From: an uncultured Dehalococcoidia bacterium
GTDB lineage: Bacteria > Chloroflexota > Dehalococcoidia > SZUA-161
NCBI GenBank assembly: GCA_964449845.1
Contig: CAYVES010000004.1
Location: 1 to 50,068, forward strand
Length of the DNA stretch: 50,068 nucleotides
Direction of reading: 5' to 3'
This document shows positions 24,651 to 30,561 of this stretch, piece by piece. How positions within the stretch are numbered: position 1 is the stretch's first letter; every line of letters starts with the position of its first letter. The position numbers were made by a program, and so were the translations under genes. The notes below the pieces were generated by a model. The model was given only the letters and a program-made list of their open reading frames with translations. It was not told the DNA's origin and did no database searches.

Positions 24651-25244
24651 GTGGAGAGGACCAGGCGGATAGCCGAGATAGGAAAGGAGACGGCTGCCCT
24701 GCTCCAACACTTCGACGAGGCTCACGTCCAGATGAGCACCCGGCTCAAGGCACAACTGGCGAAAGAGAAGCAGGGGATTACTAGGGCCGAGATGGAGAGG
24801 AAGAAGGCATGTCAGGCCGACGCAAAGGCGAGAGCGGAAGAGGCAGAGGAGAGGGCAGATGAGGTCATTAGCATCCGCTCTGAGGCTAGAGACCTTGTAG
24901 AAAGCTTCAGCAAAGATTCGGCTGAGGCCGCGGCTGCCTGGCGGGACCTGGTGGCCGCCATGCAGGCCAGAAGGGGCATGGCAGCAGGGCCCCGTCCGGC
25001 TAGGCCGCCCGTCGCTGAAGCAATAGAGGAAGAGATGCCAATGGAGGAGGTCGTCCCGGAGGAAAAGCAGAAGCTGCAGAACAGGATACTCGACTTAATC
25101 ATGGAGCACGCGGAGGGAATAAAGCTCGCCCAGATGACAGAAGCTACGGGAGAGGCAAGGGTGAAGCTGGGCAATATCACCCGGATGCTGCTCGACGAGG
25201 GCAAGATCAGGAAAGAGGGCCTGCTCTATTTCCTGGCTGAATAG
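24576..25244 (+). CDS. Coiled-coil protein with a C-terminal winged-helix-like domain
   Basis: 222 aa. It has a long charged helical region, a Pro/Ala linker, then LQNRILDLIMEHAEGIKLAQMTEATGEARVKLGNITRMLLDEGKIRKEGLLYFL, a wHTH-like pattern. Confidence 0.68.
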   Translation: MSRASDVRSLTQDIAQAHDDRAQEQVERTRRIAEIGKETAALLQHFDEAHVQMSTRLKAQLAKEKQGITRAEMERKKACQADAKARAEEAEERADEVISIRSEARDLVESFSKDSAEAAAAWRDLVAAMQARRGMAAGPRPARPPVAEAIEEEMPMEEVVPEEKQKLQNRILDLIMEHAEGIKLAQMTEATGEARVKLGNITRMLLDEGKIRKEGLLYFLAE

Positions 25245-25273
25245 GCCATTGAGAGACTTTGCTCTTCAATGGC
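25245..25273 (+). terminator. Hairpin immediately after the stop codon (weak terminator or processing-site candidate)
   Basis: GCCATTGAGAG-actttg-CTCT(T)CAATGGC. There is no adjacent U-tract; GGTTTTTCC lies 13 nt downstream. Confidence 0.3.
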
Positions 25274-25330
25274 AAACCTATAGCGGTTTTTCCCTTCGCA
25301 ACGAACAGCGATGAGGAAGGAAGACGCAAT

Positions 25331-25729
25331 ATGGCCGAAGCAGAGGTAATGGAAAAGAGTGGCGACCGGGTTGGCATCAAGTGTGGCTTCTGTCACGGAA
25401 CAGGGAAGGACCCTTTCGGGCTCCTGTCTACACTTGCTGCCTGTCAGGTATGCGGAGGCAGGGGCAGGGTCACCGTCATCGAACCGGTAGTCAAGTGGGC
25501 CTTTTGTCACGGGAGTGGGGTGTAACCCTCCCGTAGATTGACGTGCACTGTGTATAGTGGCAAGGGGGTTGTCCCCACCCCCGCTGAGGGTGAAAGGGAG
25601 GTCTGCCCCGAGTGTGGGGGCAGGGGCAAGACCCGTGGCTACTTGAATGGCCCCTGCCTCAAGTGCAAGGGCAGGGGCTTCATAGTTGCCAAGAAACTGA
25701 AAGGAGGCGATCAAATATGGCGATGGTAG
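25331..25729 (+). pseudogene. DnaJ-type zinc-finger (CxxCxGxG) protein interrupted by an in-frame TAA; possibly decaying paralog of 28161-28526
   Basis: CGFCHGTGK and CQVCGGRGR are intact. WAFCHGSG has W where C is expected. TAA at 25526 is in frame. CTVYSGKG has Y where C is expected. CPECGGRGK and CLKCKGRG are intact. Both halves are in the same frame, and the 3' end overlaps the gvpN start. Confidence 0.55.
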
Positions 25730-26637
25730 AGGAGATGACCACCGTCCTGGAGCCGAGGCCGCTCCAGAATTTCGTCGAGACCAAGGCGGTAACGGATATA
25801 ACCGACCGCGCCCTGACCTATGCCGCCGCCGGATTCCCCGTCCACTTCAGGGGGACAACGGGAACGGGAAAGACAACCCTGGCCATGCATGTGGCCTCCA
25901 AGATCGGGCGGCCGGTGGTGATGATCCACGGTGATGAGGAGTTCAGCACCTCGGACCTGGTAGGTGGAGAACATGGCTACCACCGCAGGAAGGTTATCGA
26001 CAACTTCATCCACTCGGTGCTCAAAACCGAGGAGGATATGAGCAAGAAATGGATCGATGACCGCCTCACCGTAGCCTGCCGCTATGGATTTACCCTCATC
26101 TACGATGAGTTCACCAGGTCCCGCCCCGAGGCAAACAACGTGCTCCTCTCCGTGCTTCAGGAGAAGATGATGGACCTGCCCTCGTCGAGGGGAGTGGAGG
26201 AGAGCTACCTCAAGGTTCACCCCGATTTCACCGCCCTGTTCACCTCCAATCCCGAGGAGTATGCTGGCGTTTATCGAAGTCAGGATGCCCTCCGTGACCG
26301 CATGGTAACCATTGACCTCGATTTCTTTGATAAGGAAACGGAGATCGCCATCACCGAAGCCAAGTCCGGTATATCCCGGCGTGAGGCGGAGAAGATCGTA
26401 AGCATCGTTCGGGATCTGAGGGAATCGGGGAAATGCGAGTTTGCCCCCACCGTCCGCGGCTGCATCATGATCGCCAGGTCGCTGAAGCTTAAGGGTGTCC
26501 CTGCCAGTGCCAAGAACGGGCTCTTCGCCCAGATGTGCCAGGATATCCTGGCCTCGGAGACGAGCCGGGTGGGCAGCAAGAGCAGTCAAGAGAAAGTCAA
26601 GGAGGCCGTCAGGGAGCTGGTACCCAAGTATTGTTAA
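25717..26637 (+). CDS. gvpN: Gas vesicle AAA+ ATPase GvpN
   Basis: 306 aa from the ATG after GAAAGGAGG. Contains FVETKAVTDITDRALTYAAAGFPVHFRGTTGTGKTTLAMHVA (Walker A) and LIYDEFTRSRPEANNVLLSVLQE (Walker B and sensor region), typical of GvpN. Confidence 0.93.
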   Translation: MAMVEEMTTVLEPRPLQNFVETKAVTDITDRALTYAAAGFPVHFRGTTGTGKTTLAMHVASKIGRPVVMIHGDEEFSTSDLVGGEHGYHRRKVIDNFIHSVLKTEEDMSKKWIDDRLTVACRYGFTLIYDEFTRSRPEANNVLLSVLQEKMMDLPSSRGVEESYLKVHPDFTALFTSNPEEYAGVYRSQDALRDRMVTIDLDFFDKETEIAITEAKSGISRREAEKIVSIVRDLRESGKCEFAPTVRGCIMIARSLKLKGVPASAKNGLFAQMCQDILASETSRVGSKSSQEKVKEAVRELVPKYC

Positions 26638-26650
26638 TGGAGGTGTCGAC

Positions 26651-26821
26651 ATGACCTTAGTCCGCGCCTTCTCCAAGGTTGATGACCAGGGAAAGATTGC
26701 CATCCCGGCCAATATTCGCAACCAGGCCAAGCTCAAACCAGGCCAGCTTGTGGAGATCAAGCTCACCGGAGCCGGCAAGGCCAAGAACCTGATAATCTCC
26801 CAGCGGGAAGACTTTAGATAA
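26651..26821 (+). CDS. AbrB/SpoVT-type (looped-hinge helix) small DNA-binding-like protein
   Basis: 56 aa: MTLVRAFSKVDDQGKIAIPANIRNQAKLKPGQLVEIKLTG. The xxxGRIxIPxxIRxxLxLxxGDxV pattern is recognisable. GGAGGTG RBS. Confidence 0.65.
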   Translation: MTLVRAFSKVDDQGKIAIPANIRNQAKLKPGQLVEIKLTGAGKAKNLIISQREDFR

Positions 26822-26844
26822 GTTCTGGCAGGAGGAAATCTGTC

Positions 26845-27162
26845 ATGAGTTCCAGCGGGTCACCTCGCGGCATAGAAGGTATCAGGATCTCGAAACCTCG
26901 GAGCTTCCAGGCTGCGCATCGAAGGCACAATGATAGCTACTTGGACCAGTACATGCTGCACAAAGAAAAGGAGCGGCTGGAAAAGGAACTGGTTCAACTG
27001 GGGAAGAGACAGGAAGGAATCAGCAAGCGCCTGCAGACCATAGACGCGAAAATGGAGGAACTGCGGGAATCATCAGGCCAAGAGGACCAGAAGGTCAAAG
27101 AAAACGGGAGAGAGGCACCTACCAATGGGAAGGGGTGGAAGCGAATGAGCGTAGACTACTGA
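26845..27162 (+). CDS. Hypothetical coiled-coil protein
   Basis: 105 aa after AGGAGGAAATCTGTC. The central part is KEKERLEKELVQLGKRQEGISKRLQTIDAKMEEL. No family recognised. Confidence 0.55.
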   Translation: MSSSGSPRGIEGIRISKPRSFQAAHRRHNDSYLDQYMLHKEKERLEKELVQLGKRQEGISKRLQTIDAKMEELRESSGQEDQKVKENGREAPTNGKGWKRMSVDY

Positions 27163-27180
27163 AAGGTTCCTGGAAATGGA

Positions 27181-27927
27181 GTGGGAACCTTAGAGCTGTC
27201 GGGGGCAAGGGAGGTGGATCACAAACAATATGAGCAACAAGCTAGCCAGGATGTGGGGATGGAAATGGACGAAGAGTGCACGAAGAGGCAGGAGCAAAGG
27301 GAGAGGGGTGCCCCTTCTATAGAAGTTACGCCATTGAGGGACGTGAAAACGGGGGCAAGAATAGAGGAGCAGACTCAGGATTTGGGGATAGCTGGCTGGT
27401 TGCAGCAGGGGCTGGCCCAGTGGGCGCAGAAGAATCGGCCGCAGAACAGGAAGGAAGGGAGAAGACCAAATTCAGCCACCCTGGCTGTTATGTTGAGAAA
27501 AGCAGTAGCCAGAGAGAAGGCGCTGGCTTTCGGAAGGCCGCTGCCTGATCCCCGCGCTGTCGCCCTGAAGCACGAAGCGGCCCGCTGGAAGGAGAAGGAG
27601 GAAGAGAAGAAAAGGCTTATCCACCGAGAGATTGGAATGCTGCAGAAGCTCGTCCAGCTTATGGCCAGGGACGAGTTCTTTGATGAATCAAAGAGAGATG
27701 AATTCTGGACTATCGGCCGGGTTAGCTGCCTGGCGGATAAGGTGCTCCAGGATGGCTGGAATCTAATCGTCGTTGCTTTGGAGAAGAGCCCGTTTATGCT
27801 CCGCTGGGGCTGGGGTGAGCTGCTCGGCCTGTACCATGCCGAGCTGGATGACCAGCTCAATCTGAAGGACTATTTTCGGGTAACCACGGAGGAGCTGGAG
27901 GAGTATTCCTGGATCAAGAAGTCATGA
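27181..27927 (+). CDS. Hypothetical charged protein
   Basis: 248 aa with a GTG start, in the same operon context. No recognisable domain. Confidence 0.55.
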   Translation: MGTLELSGAREVDHKQYEQQASQDVGMEMDEECTKRQEQRERGAPSIEVTPLRDVKTGARIEEQTQDLGIAGWLQQGLAQWAQKNRPQNRKEGRRPNSATLAVMLRKAVAREKALAFGRPLPDPRAVALKHEAARWKEKEEEKKRLIHREIGMLQKLVQLMARDEFFDESKRDEFWTIGRVSCLADKVLQDGWNLIVVALEKSPFMLRWGWGELLGLYHAELDDQLNLKDYFRVTTEELEEYSWIKKS

Positions 27928-27942
27928 CACAGGAGGGAGAAA

Positions 27943-28155
27943 ATGCCAAGCGGGACTGAAGCAGATGCCCTGAAAAGGATCAGTGAGGCTGGAGGGAGGA
28001 TCGATGTGAGAGCACTGGCTCGCAAAATGGGTCGCAACACCTCCTACATGAACACCATCTGCCGTTCTCTGGGGAAAGCCGATTACATCGATTACCTCGC
28101 CTCCGGGATGTGCGTTATCACCGCTATGGGCGAAGAAGCGGTGAAGGGCAGTTAG
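27943..28155 (+). CDS. Small winged-helix-like protein
   Basis: 70 aa: LKRISEAGGRIDVRALARKMGRNTSYMNTICRSLGKADYIDYLASGMCVITAMGEEAV. This resembles a MarR/ArsR-like wHTH core. RBS GGAGGGAG. Confidence 0.5.
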   Translation: MPSGTEADALKRISEAGGRIDVRALARKMGRNTSYMNTICRSLGKADYIDYLASGMCVITAMGEEAVKGS

Positions 28156-28160
28156 GGAAA

Positions 28161-28526
28161 ATGGCAAAGCGAGTGGTTGAATGCGTCTATTGCAAGGGGA
28201 AAGGGAAACGCAGCTATCTTGAAAAAGGGGTCGGGGTTGCTCTTCGCGGAGAACCGACTTATGAGTTCGTGTGCCCGGTGTGTTCTGGCAGGCGAAAGGT
28301 AGAGGTGGAGGAGCCAGCGAGAACTTGCGGCTTCTGCGGGGGGACGGGGCTATCAAAGCAGGGCAGTCTGGCTACCTGCCCTGTGTGCAAGGGTAAGGGT
28401 ATGGTCACGGTAATAGAGCCGGTCAGTCAGTGTCCTGCTTGCCGCGGACGGGGAAGGAAGCCCGGGAGCCCCCTTTACTGTATTAGATGTAAAGGCACCG
28501 GTTTCATAACCACAGTCAGGGTATGA
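28161..28526 (+). CDS. DnaJ-type zinc-finger protein (about five CxxCxGxG-type units, one degenerate), no J domain
   Basis: 121 aa from the internal ATG. Units: CVYCKGKGK, CPVCSGRRK, CGFCGGTGL, CPVCKGKGM, CPACRGRGR and CIRCKGTGF. Confidence 0.8.
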   Translation: MAKRVVECVYCKGKGKRSYLEKGVGVALRGEPTYEFVCPVCSGRRKVEVEEPARTCGFCGGTGLSKQGSLATCPVCKGKGMVTVIEPVSQCPACRGRGRKPGSPLYCIRCKGTGFITTVRV

Positions 28527-28551
28527 GAATGGACACCGGGGGAGGACAGGG

Positions 28552-29565
28552 GTGAGCAACTATATCTACGGCGTGATTCAAACCAAGAAGGGGAAGAACT
28601 TCGGCCCCATCGGGATCGGCGGTGGGGATGAAGTTTATACCATCCTCTACCTGGACCTGGCAGCGGTGGTAAGCGATTCATTACCCGCTGCGCTCACTAC
28701 TCTCCCCAAGGAGGAGGTAGTGCGCTACCTCTTTGCTCACCAAGCCGTCATTGAGAAGGTGATGAAAGAGCATACTATTATTCCCCTCAAGTTCGGGACC
28801 ACTGTCGGCAGCGCTGAAGAGGTGAAAGAGATTTTAGAGAAGGCCTATCCTAAGTTCAAAGATGCCCTCGAAGCTATGGCGGGCAAGGTGGAGTTCGATG
28901 TGGTTGTTACCTGGAATAAGGACTCTGTGTTCAAGGACATCTCGCAGGAGGAGGAAATCATAAGGTTCAAGCAAAGCCTCGGCCCCCAGCCCTCGGCAGA
29001 AGATAAGGTGAAGCTGGGGCGAATGGTCGAAGACTTTCTAGGCAAGAGGAAAGAGACGCTTGCCCCAGAGATAACCGCTGCCTTAGCCGAAGTCGCTGAG
29101 GATTTCTGCCCCCACGATACCCTGGACGCCACCATGATTATTAACACCGCATTTTTGATCCGAAAAGACAAGCAGGAGGCCTTTGACCAGAAGCTTGACG
29201 AGATAGACTGCAAATATGATGGCGGCTTGAATTTCAGGCGGGTGGGGCCCCTACCACCCTATAGCTTCAGCACCGTTGAGGTCAAGAAGGCTGAGTTTGG
29301 AGAGATTGGAAGGGCAAGAAAGATACTGGGCTTGAGCCAGGAGGCTACGCAGTCCCAGATTAAGGAGGCTTACTGGAATCTGTCCTCGGAGTATCATCCC
29401 GACAAGCACCCGGGTGATGTGGCAATCCGAAAGAGGTTTGAGGATGTTTCCTGGGCCTATGAGCTTCTCACTGAATACTGCGGAGGAGAGAGGTTCTCTT
29501 TTCGAGAAAAGGATGCCAGGGCCTTTGTTAAGGTAGACCTGGTCGGAATCGGAAGAAGAGGGTAG
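28552..29565 (+). CDS. GvpF/GvpL-family protein fused to a C-terminal J domain (HPD motif present)
   Basis: N-terminal NYIYGVIQTKKGKNFGPIGIGGGDEVYTILYLDLAAVVSD...IPLKFGT is GvpF/L. C-terminal ARKILGLSQEATQSQIKEAYWNLSSEYHPDKHPGDVAIRKRFEDVSWAYELL is a J domain. GTG start. Confidence 0.88.
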   Translation: MSNYIYGVIQTKKGKNFGPIGIGGGDEVYTILYLDLAAVVSDSLPAALTTLPKEEVVRYLFAHQAVIEKVMKEHTIIPLKFGTTVGSAEEVKEILEKAYPKFKDALEAMAGKVEFDVVVTWNKDSVFKDISQEEEIIRFKQSLGPQPSAEDKVKLGRMVEDFLGKRKETLAPEITAALAEVAEDFCPHDTLDATMIINTAFLIRKDKQEAFDQKLDEIDCKYDGGLNFRRVGPLPPYSFSTVEVKKAEFGEIGRARKILGLSQEATQSQIKEAYWNLSSEYHPDKHPGDVAIRKRFEDVSWAYELLTEYCGGERFSFREKDARAFVKVDLVGIGRRG

Positions 29566-29570
29566 CTGAA

Positions 29571-30323
29571 GTGGCTGAGGAAGGTAAATACCTCTACTGC
29601 ATTATCGCAAACAACGAAGGAAGAAACTTCGGTCCACTTGGCATCGGCGGGAGAGGTGATCCGGTTACCACCATCTCCTACAATGACCTCAGTGGGGTCA
29701 TCAGCGACGCCCCGATAAAGGAGTATGCCACCACCAGGGCGAATACCATCGCTCATGAGAAAGCTATCGAGAAAGTGATGAGCGAGGGGAATGCCGTCCT
29801 CCCGGTGAGATTCGGCACTGTGGCCGATAGCGCTCAGGAAGTGCGGGACATTCTGCGCAAGAGAGACCGGGAATTCAAAGACCTGCTCCGCGATATGGAC
29901 AACAAGGTCGAACTGGGGGTGAAGGCGCTCTGGCTTGATATGGACGCTATCTTTAACGAGATCATAGAGGAAAGTGGCGACATCAGAGTGTTGAGAAACA
30001 GGGCTGCCCGCAAGCCAACTCGAGATAGCATGATTCGGGTGGGGGAGCTGGTCAAGGAGGCCTTGGAGGAGAAGAAGGAAAGGGAGGCAGCCTCAATACT
30101 TCAGCCCCTGAACAAGATCGCCCCCGATTCCAAGGTCAATAAGCCCTTCGGCGATAGAATGTTCCTCAATGCCGCCTTCCTGGTTGACAAAGGCTGGGGA
30201 AAACAATTCGACAATGAAATCGAAACCCTGACGATGAAGTATGCCCAGAGGGCGAAGATCACCTATGTTGGGCCTGCCCCGCCCTTCAACTTCGTCAACA
30301 TAGTAATCCACTGGGAAAGATAA
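29571..30323 (+). CDS. gvpF: Gas vesicle protein GvpF/GvpL family
   Basis: 250 aa: KYLYCIIANNEGRNFGPLGIGGRGDPVTTISYNDLSGVISD...VLPVRFGTV...FNFVNI. GTG start, 5 nt after the previous stop. Confidence 0.88.
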   Translation: MAEEGKYLYCIIANNEGRNFGPLGIGGRGDPVTTISYNDLSGVISDAPIKEYATTRANTIAHEKAIEKVMSEGNAVLPVRFGTVADSAQEVRDILRKRDREFKDLLRDMDNKVELGVKALWLDMDAIFNEIIEESGDIRVLRNRAARKPTRDSMIRVGELVKEALEEKKEREAASILQPLNKIAPDSKVNKPFGDRMFLNAAFLVDKGWGKQFDNEIETLTMKYAQRAKITYVGPAPPFNFVNIVIHWER

Positions 30324-30324
30324 G

Positions 30325-30561
30325 ATGCCCATTCTAACAACCTACCTAATCTTCAAGGGTCTTCGAGGCATTGCCGGGAAGATTCGCGATATGGCTGAGG
30401 AGGAATACTACGGGGAGGACAGGATAAAGCAGCAGCTTCTGGAACTCCAGATGAGGTTGGAGATGGATGAGCTAACCGAGGAGGAGTATCTGAAAGCGGA
30501 AGCTGCCCTGATGGGAAGGTTGGAGGAAGGTCGCCAACGCGGCGTTCAAGGAGCAGTATGA
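30325..30561 (+). CDS. gvpG: Gas vesicle protein GvpG
   Basis: 78 aa: GIAGKIRDMAEEEYYGEDRIKQQLLELQMRLEMDELTEEEYLKAEAALMGRLEE, the characteristic GvpG helix pattern. Confidence 0.88.
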   Translation: MPILTTYLIFKGLRGIAGKIRDMAEEEYYGEDRIKQQLLELQMRLEMDELTEEEYLKAEAALMGRLEEGRQRGVQGAV

